Source: Auanema rhodensis (lineage: Eukaryota; Animalia; Nematoda). Taken from it: DNA of 64,000 nucleotides. Below, piece after piece: positions 37,184-52,390 of this stretch. Under the pieces are notes generated by a model, which searched no databases, was not told the DNA's origin, and worked only from the letters and a program-made list of their open reading frames with translations. Each line of letters opens with the position of its first letter. Positions within the stretch are counted from its first letter, which is position 1. The translations under genes and the position numbers were made by a program. Where the stretch lies: the NCBI GenBank assembly GCA_964057225.1, contig OZ059896.1:7130001-7194000 (forward strand), given 5' to 3'.

Positions 37184-40100
37184 TTACGGAAATGATTATA
37201 TTTTGAATTAAAATTAATATTATAGTAATTATATTAATTAAATATAATGATTTTATTATAATGATTATATTATAATATATTATTAGTACCATTGTTTAAA
37301 AAAAAAAACAAATACATACATATGTATGTTTAGCTCATTTGCTCTTTTTCTCGATTTTGATGGGATAAAGAAAACATATTTTTTTTCTTTGCATATGTAT
37401 GTAAGTAAAAAAAAAATTAACTTTTTGAGTTCGTTTTAGAACTTCCTAGAAAAGTATCTTCTTTTGTTTCATCTTATCCGCTTTTTCATCTTCTTCTCTT
37501 CTTAAAACCTCGACCACTTCGTTTTTTCTTGAAGATATTTTTCATCTTTTATTTTTTTTTCTCAACAAATACTTTTGAATATTAAACTCAAAAATAAGAA
37601 ACTGTTCGTTTTTCTCATTTCTGTGCAATTTATGTTTTCAATTTGTTTTTGTTTAAGTTTTTTTTTATTTTCAAATGTTTAAGTTTTCTTTTTTTTAAAA
37701 TTTTAATTTACTCAATCAATTTACTATCTAATCTTTATTATTATTGTTTAATCATTGAACTTAACCAAGTAATATTAGTTTTTTTATTTATTTTAAGACT
37801 ATTTTCACCATCTAAATATTATTTTAATCATTTTTATAATGTTAGATCCGGTCTTTATATATATATATATATAAATATATGAATATATATATATATATAT
37901 TTTAAATTTTTACATCTTATCATGTCGCAAAATTCTGTGATCAATTGAAACATTATCATTCCTTTATTTTTTCTTTGTATAATTTCATTAGAATTTTTTT
38001 ATTTCAGACTATTTGCTTTACATTATGTGAATTAAAATAAATTTCTGTTTGTTTATATTTGTTAAAAAATAAATAAATAGCTTTATGGTATTGAACTGAA
38101 CAATGGACATTTCCTTTAATGTTAATTAATTTAATAAATAATCAATAACATTGAACTCCAGGAAGGAAGCTATTCCTTTTTTCTTGTTTTTACGAAAATT
38201 TACTTTTAGGAGATTTTGGAAAAAAACATCTTTCTCAGTTTGGGAAACAGTTTCTATTCATCTAATTAAATAAAATAGAATAGGATGTTTCTAATGAAAA
38301 GCCTCAAATATTTCTAAGAAAATGATCTTCCTCTGTCTTTTTCTGATCTCTGCAAAATCTTTTTACATTTCAAAACTTCCTCGTTAACTTGAAATTTTAA
38401 CCTTTTTTTGCGGCAAAAATTGGCGCTTCCTTTTCTTTTTATCTTTTAATTCAAGCTGTTTCATATGCATTAAGTGTCCAGCAATTTCCGTTCTCTCATT
38501 GCTGGGATCTCTTCGATCTTAACTTTCCCTCACATCTTCACAATTTTCCGCCTTCACACTTGACTCCCAAAAACGTTTTCAAAATCACGTTTCTGATAGA
38601 ACTTCATTAGAATACATGTGGCAAAATTGTCTTTGGTCTCTCAGCAAAATTCTCATGAAAAAAATTTTTTAAATTCATATAACGTTGACCTTTGATAGTT
38701 CCCTATTCTTATATATTATACTAACTATAATAAATTATAAATTAATCAACTGACCATCCTTTGATCAGATAAATTTAAATAAGAAGTTGAAAACTATTTA
38801 AGATATAACTATAATATTTTTAATTATTATTTATTTTATCTGATTAATATGTTTTTAACTTTTCATCCAAAGTGTACTTGAATTGTTAAATCTTTATACT
38901 TCTTCAAATACTGATTGAAATCTGAAAATAACACTTTGACGTGAATTGTTTTAAACTTAAATATTTACTAAAAAGCTATATTTTAAGAAATTATGTAAAA
39001 GTTCAATGAACATCAGTATCTTTCTTAAATATATTATTCATATTCATAGAGCTATGTATATCAATTGTTCTCTATCTATTATATAATTATAGTTAAATAT
39101 AATTAATATATGTATAAGAATATAATTTTATTTGAAAAAAAAAACTTTATATTTCTTTTTGTTGAACGATAAATTAAAATGTTTCAATAGTAGACAGTAA
39201 TATCATGATTTTCATTCATATTCTTGTCTCCTGACTTCGTGAAAATCAAATATTACGCCTTCATATGACATATGTTTATACATTCTCTATTATTCAAATG
39301 ATCAAATAAATATATATCATAATTTATATGATTTCCTTTTTTTAATTTTAATTATTAATATATTACTTCCTATATTTTTTCTTTTTTTTTTTTTAAAACA
39401 ATATTTTGAAAATATTTAAAAGAAATATTATCTCAAAGATTTATAATAATAAAGAAATTTCATTTTAATATTGTTGAATGTATTCTTAGTCTTCATTTGG
39501 TCTTTTTTTTCTTTTATTGTTTCCTTTTCATATCTACAATGAAGTCGTTATTTGCACTTCGACTACCCAATTCCTTTCGGTGGTGGTATCGTCTTCAGAA
39601 GTCGTTATACTCATTACTGATAGATTTACTAATTTCTTGGATTTATTTCCCATCATCAATAATCATTTATATTTCATCTTCCTTATTCAATTTGAATACC
39701 GAATGACTTTTTACGACGAAAAACGAAGGATTTTGCCTCAAGTGGGAGGGAATTAACTATACTCTTAATACAACTTCCTATATTTTGAATTATTTGTTGT
39801 TAATTCAGATGTAGTTTTCTAGTAGTATCCGTAGGAAAATTGTCTTTTTGCATCCTTTTTTTTATGAAACACAAATTCAATTATCATCGTATGGCCATCG
39901 TCAATTGTCGACAAAATTTTGACAGCCCAAATTTGTCTCTGCTATTTAAGTTCATTTTTCGGGTATTTAATCGAGTTGTTTTGGTGCAAAAACTTCAAAT
40001 CGCCGACAATTGAACTAAGTATCATGAATTTCTGTTATTTATTTGTTTATATTTAGTTGTATATATCCTATATATTCTTTATTCTGTCGTAATCATAGCT

Positions 40101-41260
40101 TATACGTATAGCTCTAACCAACCACCTAACCAGGCTATTCATATTACGTTTGAAATTCAACAAAAAAAGTTTTTTTTTGTCTAGTTGAACTTTCCTTAGA
40201 AAATTAATAAATAAGTTTCTATTTGTTTAATTGTATGATCAATGAGCTCTTGACATTTCAACATGTTCGACACCACTTAATATATCTTTTTTTCCCTTCA
40301 AAGATAACTTTTGTATACACATGAAGCATTGAATACTGTATATTTCTTCGCGATTTTTGAAAAAAATTCAAGAAATTTAAATATCTCTCATTCAGAAGTG
40401 TCAGCTATTCTCATTTGAGACGAAAAAAAAAAGATTTTCAAAATTTCATATGAACTTTGATCGTCATTAACTTGAGTGTGTATGTTTAAGAAGGACTTGT
40501 TGTATGTTATAGTTCATTGACAACTATTTTATCTTATTATCTAAATAGTTTTATATATAAAGAACATTTTTTAAAAAACTTTATATTAAGTGTATTTCAT
40601 TTTAATATTTTGCATATTCTCACACCTAAGTAATTACCTCTATTCATAATTCTCAAAGCCCATTAAACTTATTTTTTCAACAAAAAAAGGAAAACGAAAA
40701 GATAATCAGGATTGCCTCTTGATTGTTCAACTTGGAATACAGATTATTTGTTCATATTTAAACCTTGATAAATTTATACTTTCTTTCTAAATCTTTTTAT
40801 GTTTAAGTTCTCTTAAAAAAAGTTTTTACGTAGGAAAATTGGGATAAAACTTAATTGAGATAAACAGGAGGGAAATTTTCTACATTTTGCACATTAATGT
40901 TTCTAAATTTAGAATATTTGAAGAAGAAATAAAATATTTTTACGTAATATTCAATTGAATAACTAAAAAAAAATAAAATCTATTCAATTCATATGTTTTA
41001 TAATTATGAAATATAAAGAAAATAATATTATTAAACTATATATATATATTTTCAAACAATTCTTCTATTAATATTATTATTTGTATTATTATACATCTAT
41101 GTTTCTTTTTTTTTTTTAAAAAATGAAGAACATACATAAATATAAAAAAAAGTATTTAATCATACCTAAAATTATTTTTTCATTAAAATATTTTTATATT
41201 TCGTACATTTTTGAAACAAATTATGTTGTTTGTTTCAATTTGCAAAGAATATTAGTATTA

Positions 41261-41297
41261 CATCATCATCGTCATCATCATCGTCATCATCATCATC
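41261..41297. repeat. (CAT/CGT)n trinucleotide repeat
   Basis: catcatcatcgtcatcatcatcgtcatcatcatcatc. Confidence 0.85.
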
Positions 41298-42096
41298 AAC
41301 CTTTTAAATTCAAAATTAAAATTTATTTAAAATAATTATTAAAAAAATTTTTATAAATATATCTTAATGAAGACAATGTAGGCGAATTAAAAATATCTCA
41401 TGAATGTAATAACTGACTCTTGTATTGATTTAGGATCAACTTCTCCTGTTTCCCAATTTGGAACCTTTTTTAGTTGATTTTAATCTTAAATGTCAACTTC
41501 ATGTGGAGGAGTTTTGAAATAGGAGAGAGATTGAAAAGAAGAAAAAACGAGAGAGGGGGGAGGGAGAGAGAAAGATATTGAGTGAGAGATGAATAAGGAA
41601 AAATGATATATTCTGCTTAGATTAAAACTTAAAACAGAGAATCTGCTCATGAATTCATCTATTAATTTCTAACTTAGGTTCAGCTTGTTCACCTCTTTCT
41701 TCAATTTGATTCTAAAGAAGAAAAATATCCTTTTTTGTTTATTTTTGTCCGGTGCTCCTTTTAGAAAAAAAGTTTCACATTTGCAAAACGTTTTGTTTGA
41801 TAAATAGCCTTGGACATGTATGATGAACTGTTTAAACATCAGCTATTTTTCTCAATCATTGCTATTTTTCAGAATGTTTCTAGTTTTTCTTTCATATTTG
41901 GTTACCGAATAGGAGAGAATCTAGAGAAAATACTTTGTCTTTTCTCAGCTATCCGTATTTCGCTTCTGTATTGCATGATATATGCTTTTTTTTGTTTTCC
42001 TTTCTGCAGCCGGCTTGTTTAGAAAGGTTTTGTTATGTTATCCTTGATGATTCTTCGTTTCAGCTTTTTCTCTATCTATTTTCTGCTGCTCCTTCT

Positions 42097-42104
<8 letters not shown>

Positions 42105-42151
<47 letters not shown>
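42105..42151. repeat. (CT)n microsatellite
   Basis: Read directly from the sequence. Confidence 0.95.
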
Positions 42152-42152
<1 letters not shown>

Positions 42153-45100
42153 GATGTTCATTGGCATCCAGAAGTTCTGGTAACAACATCAAGAGCTTAT
42201 AGATGACATTATAAACTGAACAGAAAAAATATCTCTTCACACGTTCAAAACAGAAATCAGTTCATACTATGATGTTAGTAACCAAACATAAAGCTTTATG
42301 GGGTTAAGATCTAGACTGGTTAATCCAAAACATTCAACAAATTCAAACAATTGGGGAAATAATAAAGGAAAATAAATTATAAAAATATATATATATATAT
42401 ATATATATTTTTATTTTTACATACACATATGTATACACATATTTATACAGACTGTATAATATGAATATACTATATTCATATTCATATACATAAGAGTGAT
42501 TGAGACATTTTTTTAGTCGGCTTAGTCAGTTGTAAAGTTGCTAATTTTTGAATAAATTATAATGTTGTTTTGCTAATAGTAGAAGTTTACTTGCTAAAAC
42601 AAGTTTTCCAGTTCAAAGAATATGAAAATGAAAAGGTACGACTCATTTAGAGCATGAGAATGTTTGAGCTTTGTTCTCACATGAAACAGACAGCTTTAAC
42701 CATACACATCTCATATTATCAATCAATTCTTATATAAACAATCATAAAATTTAAATTCTTTGATTCATAATCCAAAAATATGTAAATGTTTTTAATATTT
42801 TTCATTTTTATTTTTCCAAAATAGAATTATGTTCTCAACTGTTTCTAGTTTCTCTCTTTAATTTCTCTTTCAAATAATTCTTCTTCAAATTCTTTTTATA
42901 CTTTTCTTTTAGAATTATAAAAATAGAATATTATTATGTATACAAACTTCATTTAAACATTTATTGTTGGGCAAGAAGCATGATATAAAGCAATCTTTCG
43001 TATTTGTTCTCATCATCAGTTCATCAGTACTTTATTCAAACCACATCAAATAATGTTTCAGAAACTATCATATATAATAGTTTATTTGATTTTAAATATA
43101 TATATTATACTATACTGAACTATTTAATATAACTATATTGAAATAAAGAAGTAGACCTAATTGAAAAAGTATTATAAACGCTGGATGTACATGTATGTTT
43201 CAATCTATAAATGTATTCTGAAGATATAACACTTATCTGATGATTTAACATAGCTAACTATATATAATTTTTTAATATATTAGATAATCTTATATATTAA
43301 TTTTAAAAAATGTTTAATAATAAGTATTAAAAAAACTTATATTAATGTAAAATCTCATGAGATTTGTTATATATTTAACAATAAAAAATTATAAAATTAT
43401 ATATATATATATACTATATACGTAAAGATTTTTATCATTTTATTCGTTTTTCTTATTAATTATTATTTTTATTTCTAATTTCTATATTGCTTTTGCTTCA
43501 AGTTTTGCTCTCTTTTGATTGTAACTTCCTCGTTCTTCTTACATGTTTCTAATCTCTTCTATCTTTATCGCTTTAACATATATCTTTCTTTGCAACAAAA
43601 AAAAAATGAAGATGAAACATTGTCAGAAGATTCTTATACTCTATCTATACATGTATGAGAGATATATACATAAATATAATATTCTGAAACACGGAATTCT
43701 TTACAAATTAAGTTCTTACATTTATATTTTTCAATTATTTTTTATTATTTTCTAGTGCCAAATTCATTTTTTTCTTATTTAGGCATATGCAGATACATAT
43801 ATATATATATATATAGGAAAAAAAGTATATATTCATATCTAGACTACCAAATATATGTATAAATACTTATTATATTATTTAAAATATAATAAATTCTTTT
43901 ATACTTATATTTATAATATTATATTATATATCTATTTAATGTATAAATATATTTTTCTATATTCCTATATTTATGTCAGCTGAGATTTTTCAACCTCGTT
44001 GATCTCATTCTGACTTATAAGCTTATAACATTATCAGTTTCATATCTGTTACATCATCCTAGATTCCAATGTTTGATTATTTCCTATTTTCTTCTCTTCT
44101 TCAATACATATTTTTCAAAAATATGGAAAAATATGAGAAGAAGTTATATCCAATATGTTGATTCAACTTATCCATGATATTCATATCTAAAGTTGATAAT
44201 CAATTAAGATTTTTATTTATTAAGATTGTCATTATATGTATATTATTTATAATTTATTTGTTTAAATATAGTTTCAAACTATTTCCTAAACACAATGATC
44301 TTTGCTCATTATAAATTATTTCAATGTTTCATCTAATTTCATGATTCACCATTAGCCCATTGACATTACTTCTAAGAGTTATAACTCGTACGTTTTTGAC
44401 TAAAAAATAAAATAAAATGTTGAATTTCAACCTTATTTCTTCTTCTTCTTCTTCATCTTTTTTTAAAATTTTAATTATTTGATATTAAATATTTCTACGA
44501 ATTGGAAAAGACATGACTTCCTGGCTTTAGAAAAATCCTTGTGATGACGTTTCCATATAAAAATTTCAATTTTCTCCATATGTACCTCTTCAAACTATTA
44601 CAAAATCTTTTTATAGAATGTGATTTAGTTTTTTTATGTTCCAATTCATAGAAATCTTTAATTTTTTGAAGTATAATTAAGGTTTAACAATTGTTTTCTA
44701 GTTTGAAAGTCAGAACAAATTCTATTTTATAGTTATACGAAGGTTTTTTTTGTCGACACAAAGCGTGACCTGAGTACATATGTATATTAAAATTATTTTT
44801 ATTTATAAATTAATCTACATAAATCATTTGAATTATTAATAATTATATAATAAACATATGTAAAGATTAACAAATGATTGAGTAGTATGTGTTATTTGTA
44901 CTTTTATCCAGCGCTTTGAACTACGTAGAAAGTTAGTCATCTTTACATTGTTTCTCCACAACTACTTGATTTTCATCTATACACCTACACGAACCTCTTA
45001 TAAATCTAATGGTTTTTTTTTCTTTGTAAATAAAAAAAATGTTTCTACGTCATTATATAGTTGATATCTGCTGATATCTGTTGATATGATTACAATGATA

Positions 45101-48100
45101 TGATTCAATATTGTCTATTTTCGTAAAATTCTCTTTATATAATTCCCAAAATAAAAATTAAAAAAAAAAAAGAAGATGATGATGTGATACATTCCAACGC
45201 CTTTCAATGATATATTTAGTCTGACGTTATATCTCAGGTGTTCAAACACCACTCAAACTGTTCCTCAAAATCTTGTTCACTTTTATTCTAACAATTCCTT
45301 TGATTTCAAATCATTCGATTCTTTATTTTCAGTAAATATTTTCCTTCTAAACTAACAGAAACTATACTAGTATTGCACTATATATTCGTTAGTAAGTTAT
45401 AAAAGCTTCTAAATTTGAGTTTAAAACAACGTGTAACATTTAAAGTTACAATACTATTAATGCTTTATTCAATTTATTGCGTGGTAATTGGGATATAATA
45501 CTGACATATCCTTTTTGAACAATTAATTACATACTATTGCTAGTAATAAAATATTTCTGAATTACATTTGTTGTCGTCATCGATCCTCATTACTTTTCTT
45601 CTTGAAACATGTATTCACATTCAAAATGATGTTTTCATTGATTTCGTTGTCGTCGTAGTCATCTTCAGATTTATTTCTGCTCTTACTGACTGACTGCATC
45701 ACGATTGTTAAGTTAGAAGCGTGTTCTTCCAAAATTCAATTTTCGGAATAAAAATTAAAAACTTCCTCATCTCAGCTGTGTCCACAGATTAACCATTTTA
45801 ACATGCTTCGAAACAGAGCATGTGCTTCTCGCCTTTCCTTCTACTGTTCCAACTCGTTGACTCAATTGATGGCTTCAGCTAATCCTGAAGTCGAACAAAA
45901 AAATTTAACTCAATTTCGATTCATGCGACATCATCGAAAAAAAAGAAGAAGAAGAAGCTCCATAGAAGAAATGAAAAAAAGGGTCAAATTAGCAAATAAA
46001 AGAATTATACTTCAATTTTTCAGCATAGTAATGTATAATTTGATTTTTCTTTTACCATTTAAAAGTATTTGATCAGCTTTATTCTTGTTTATACTATTGA
46101 GCGTTTAGTGTAAAATGTACAGAAACTTCATTTGGAATAGTTAAACTTTCGTTTATAAATACATAAAATTATTATTTTTTTTTATAATTTACTATATATA
46201 TTTATCTATTATTTTCTCTTATATATACATATAGTTATGACAAAATGTTATAGTATAGATCAATCATATTTAAAAAGTATGATGTATGCAAACATATATG
46301 TATGTACATCTACATATTCCAAAAAAAAAAAAAAAATATTGTTTTCCCTATATATTACAATCTCCTTTTATCATTTTTTTTCTTCTTCCTCTTTCACTGA
46401 AAATGCATTTTTGATACATATATTTACACATAAAGATATAATTTATTTCAATATTATATATTGATATGTTATGTATATATACATACAAGATGATATAGTA
46501 AGTGCGTATAAATCATCTTTAAAAAAGGAAATATATATGTATATGTTAGATATTAATTGAAAGAAACAAATTGTATTTTCTTTATAAATTATGATTTTAT
46601 GTTTTTTAAATATATTTCATATAAATAAGAAATAGTTTTGTTTTTCTATATCTTTGTGCAAAATCTGCAAAAACTTAATATTACATATGAATAGTTTGTT
46701 AATATGTATATATACTATACTATAAGGTATTTATTCAATTTTTATTCTCTCTTCTTCCATCTTTTCTTTTTTTTTTCAAATTAAAAATTAAAATCATAGA
46801 ATATCTTAACAACTTCTGAATCTTAAATTGGAACTTTAATGCAATTATCAAGGGAATACAGCTTCTTGCCAACTTTTTGAACTAACATTCACATACGAAA
46901 CTATTTCTAATAGCTTTAAAATTATTGTTTGACCTTTTTTTTTAAGTTTTATATTATTTCTTTTCAAGTTTTTGTTTTTTTATGTTTTACTTGTGTGCAG
47001 AAATCATCCAAAGGCAAAGTTTGAGATTTTTTTTTCATTCTTCATCGAAACTTTCTAAGAACTTAATCTGCTCAAATTTCTTTTTGTTGATTTTTTTCGA
47101 TTTTCAGCCTTTTCTAAAATGTTTTGGTTTTTTCTCTCACTATCTGCAATCTTCTGAATATCTTCAACGTCTGTTCACAGGACATTTTCCTGAAATGAAA
47201 ATAATTCTGGTGAAAACTGTGAATTTAATTAATTATATTCATGATATCAATTAAATTTAAAAACAATATATAGAAAAAAACAAAAAAAAAGTCAAAATTT
47301 ACCATTCCAGATTTTTAATTTTTTTTTCTTGTTTTTTCGTTGAACATAACAATCAGTTCTTGAAACAGGTTGTCTCTTTTAACCGATATTGTACCAAAGT
47401 TGTTCTTTCATTGAAGTGAAAACTCAACCTTTAGAACACCATGTTCATTTTTTTTCATCATAATCATAAGATTCAAATGACACTTCTTCAAAGTTCAAAA
47501 GTTTTATGAGAAAAAGACGAAAAAAAAATTTGTTCTTTGCATATTCATGTTTCACCTTTCTTCCGCCTTCTCTGTCATACAATCATTTCACATTTTCGTC
47601 TCAAATTTACTCGAGAAGATGAGGAGAGCTTGATACTTTCCCTCTATTTATCTCTCTCTTTTTTCTTTTCTCTCTACATGTATATGTGAGGAATATGAGT
47701 ATCACCTTATGCTTGGACTTCACGAATGATCTCCGTGGAAAGCTTAATTCTTTCTTCAACTTCTATTACATTTGCAAGTTTCTTTCATATTCCAAATACC
47801 TTACAGTCATCTGCTCATATGATGAAAGGGCTTTTCATGAGGATATTCAGAATTACTGGGATCAACCAATGAAGTACATTGGAAGAATCTAGAGTTTCAT
47901 ATATCATGGAAAGCTTTTCATCACAACTTAAACTCTTTTGATCAGAGAAGCTACGGTATTTTACATTTTGAAACTTTGAAACTTCTTTCTTTTCCTATTT
48001 CACAACAAAGAAGATTTTTCATTTCTGATTTATGCATATCTATATATCTAACATCTATCCATACATACATGAATATATTCAGTAGATAATCAGCACTATT

Positions 48101-51100
48101 CTGTGGACATCATGATTGGATAATTGCCAAAACGTCCATCTTATATTCGTTTGGCTATTTTTTTTCGCAGAAATGCTTATGGTAATCAATAGAAATTTAC
48201 ATTCGAATTTTCTTTCTATTTTAATATTTTTATATTTAAAACTTCTTTTGTTCGTCCGTATTCACAGACATTTTTTCTTATTTTAATACTTCTGGCATAA
48301 GCAAATAGTTGAATGCTGCTACTTGCAACTTTTTTCTTTCTGATCGTCTTAAATCTGAAAGTGAAAAATATACTTTTATTAAAAATAAATATTTAAATAT
48401 AAATTAAAATTAGAGATTGATAGATGAAGCAATTTGATGATCATTCTTAAACTATGTTATTTCCTGGATTAACACATTGCAATTTTGAAATATATGGTAA
48501 AAAAATAAATATTATATCCATATCTATATATATATATATTAGCATCTTTGATGTTTTCTTTTATTATTTTTGTCATTTAACTCAGTTTTCTCCTTCCTGT
48601 CTTCCACTGAAAAACCTCCGCATCTCCGTTTTTGTCAATTGAGAAAACTTATCTAGAACAGGATTCATTTTCCTACTTTTTCCTTGCCTTTACTTTCTAT
48701 TACACAAATATTTTTTTTTCTAATTTTAATGTAATATGAGTTTAGTTGAAATACAAGAACAAATATTACTGCTTTTAGCTGACCTTCTTTACTTTTTGTT
48801 GTCAAAAAATCTATTGATATCTGTAAAATGTAATTTAATCCATATAATAAAGATATATTTATGTATTTATTTTAATGTTTTCATCATGATGTTTTAGATT
48901 ATTATAGTTTGTTCAACTTCTTAATACCTAAAGATGAAAAAAAAAGTTTTCTTCCACTCGTTCCCTACTCACCACGCTGTATTGTATTCTTCAGCTTATA
49001 AGGTCGTATCAAATATCTGCGATAACACGTTTACTCTAGCTCTTAAACGGATATTTTTGGGTTTTTCCCTCTGATTCTTATTCTATCTTTGAATTTTCTA
49101 ATCTCTCTCTGTCTCTCTCTATATATATATACCAGTTATTCACACTCTTCTCCTTATCTCTCTCTCCCTCTCTATGTATTTTTCTCTCCTCTTTTCGTTA
49201 TCTCTCTTACCTTTATTTCATATTTTCAGCTTTTTCGTACTTTCTTCTTGAGATTTACCTTATATATTCGTCTCAGTTTGTTTTAGTAACCTTTTCTCAC
49301 ATCAGTATAAAGCTTATTCAATTTGTCATATTTCTACATCAATTTCAACCATTTTTTTCCAAATTTATCAAAAGATTATATATTCAATTTTATTTTGCAA
49401 TTTGCAATGAAATGAAAATACAAAATTTATTGTTGTTTTCTTTGAAATAACTAGTAAACAGTTAGTTATGCTTAATATTCTGATTTAAGACAAAAATAAT
49501 ATTTTCTTAATCATATTATTGCCTTTCATTATTTTTTTTTCATTAAATTTTCTTTTCGTATATACATATGTATATTATTATTATTATAAAATATACAAAA
49601 CAAACTAATTATTGAATGTATGTATGTATCTAGTATGAACTTACGTTTACAATTTTTTTAATTTATAATTTTCATATTCTCATAATTAATGAAGGAAACC
49701 GTTCATATTCTCAGTTTCAATACTGTATATCAAAGATTGAAAACAAATGTTTTTTCTCTTCAACCTTCATATCAAAATGACGTGAATTTAGAGAAAGAAA
49801 TCCAAAATATATTATAAAGATACACGAGTACTTTTATATATTTTAAACTAATTATTTCATATAAATATAATAATATATAGTTTTTAAATAGCATTTAATT
49901 AACATAAATTTAACTATTTTGATTATAAACTATATATGTATATGTATGTATTTCAAATAGAATTCTGAGATTTCTTTATATTTAATCTTGGTTAAATGAA
50001 AAAAAAAAGTCTTTTAATCAAGATTTCTTCTTCAACCATTTACATATATGTATTTACTTGTAAATATTATATATATATGTATATACGTATGGATGGATGG
50101 TTGAATATAATGTTTTTCCTGAAATACATATGTATTTGAAAACTTTTTGAAAGATCTTTTCATTTTACTCAAAGATAAGAAAAATGAGTTTAAAGTGCCA
50201 TATGTTTTGGTATCTTCATTACTTATTAATTTCTTGTTGTTAAATAGTATAGATAAATAATATACACATATACATACATGTACATACACTATCTATTCAT
50301 ATTCTTTTCTATCTAAGTTTTTTTTATTTTAATTTTAAGAATTTCTTCTTTTACCTCATTATATTCAACTTTTTAAATAAAAATTAAAATATATTTCTAG
50401 TAGTTATTCATGCGTACTCATATACTTGAACTTGTACTTGTGTCTTTCGTCTTCAGATGATTTCATTCCTGTTCTGTATTGCGAAACAAGAAATCATGTT
50501 ATTAAAATATTTTTTTTCCTTATTTTACATAAAATTTCAATCAACTTATGCATATACATGTAGTGTATTTAGGTTTTTAATGATAAAAACTTTATCAAAG
50601 AAATTAAGAAATCATTGAATGATAATATTCAAATTTTAATTATTATTATTATAGAATAATAATAATATTATATTAATTTTCATTATTTAAAATACTTCTT
50701 TTAATTATTTCTTTGATTCTTTTAAAATCTTTTAAATTATTCTTTTAATCAAAACATTTTCATTTTTCTTCATTCAGATTAACTCTTCATACTGAAAACA
50801 TTTTTAATAATTTTTATCTTAATTTACTATTAAAATCAGAAATAAGTCTTGAAGACAAATAAAAAAAAACAAAACAACAATAACAAAATTCGTCTTTGAT
50901 TAATATAACAAACATGAATAAGATACGATAAATTGAAATCCTGTGTGTCTGCTATTATTATAGAGTTTCAATTTTCTATCTAAAAAAAATATAATTAACT
51001 AAGAAGCTATATGCAAATATATAATATTCTTGTTGTTTTGTTTATATTCTATTTCTGTAGTTTTCATCAATATATGATCCGTCATGTAATAGTTTGTTCA

Positions 51101-52390
51101 AAAACTTTTTGATTTATCTCTTATTCATGTAAATATATAAATAATAATTTATATAATTTATAATTAAATCAAAAGTTATAATAATTATTTCTTTTATTTC
51201 ATTTTAAGATTTCTTTTTATTTTTAAAAATTGATTATAAACCACTAGTATATTACTGAACAGCTTGAGGTGTAGAGAAGAAGAACTTAGGTATGTAAGCA
51301 TACTTAGTCTGCTTGTTGTGTGAACAAAAGATTGTTGAACTGAAATAAGTGTAGTCGTTCTTCTTTTCAAATAAATTCAAAAAGTTTTGAATTGTTTGAA
51401 TATATATAAAATCTTTTATTTTTTTGAAAATTTTTAAAATAATTATTTAATACTTTTCATATTTTTAATAAAATAAATAAACATTTACATGTATCAATGT
51501 ATCAATAGTATAATAGTATTAATTATAATAATTATATTAATTATATTTATTTTAAATGATCTTAAAGGTCTTTGTTTCAAGTTTTTATAGAGATTGTTGT
51601 ATTGTTTTTATAAAATATGTTCAATTTCGTTCGATAAATATGAGAGGATGTATACACAATATCGAGAAACTGTGTGTAAATACTCTTTGATTGGATTAAT
51701 GAAAATGAAATTAAAAATCAAAAAAAAAAATCAAAAAAACCTCTGTTATTCCTATTTTGATGTCTTTAAATGAACTAATAATTTTACTATACAGCTTATT
51801 TCGCTTATATTTGAGGTAAAAATAGAAAAAAAAACAGCAGTAGAACACAAAAGTCTTGAGACACCTGGCTTTCGGAGCAAAAGCTACTAAACAAGCCGAC
51901 CAACCAATATTGTCTTTGACTTCTTAAACGTTCTCTTTTTTGAGATATTCACCTATCTCTGTAGTTTCCGTCTTCTTAGTTGAGTTATTTAATTAGTTTT
52001 CAAACATGTTATATTTTATATATTTTTTTAAAGTTGTTTCCCATCATTTAAAATTTAAACTTAAATTAAATTTTATGAAAATACAAATATTTTTATTGTT
52101 AAACATAGTTTAAATTATAATTAATAAAAAAAGTTTATTTTAGTGTTTGAAAACTTTTTATTTGCTTCTCTAATTACATCTAATTCTGTTTTATCTACAC
52201 AATCTAGCCTCCCTCCCTCCCCCACCCTTCTAGCTTTTTCATCAACATTTATTCATCATCTTTAACTTATTTTAATTAATTTTTTTTAAATTTTTTTTAA
52301 AATAATTTAATTATAATTATTAGTATTATAGGCATAGTTATATTATTAATCATTTGAATATAACATCATCAAAACACAATAGATACAATA

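Noticed and set aside
37643-50289. Many short F/I/L/Y/K-rich ORFs
   Set aside because: Their composition is what very AT-rich non-coding DNA produces by chance.
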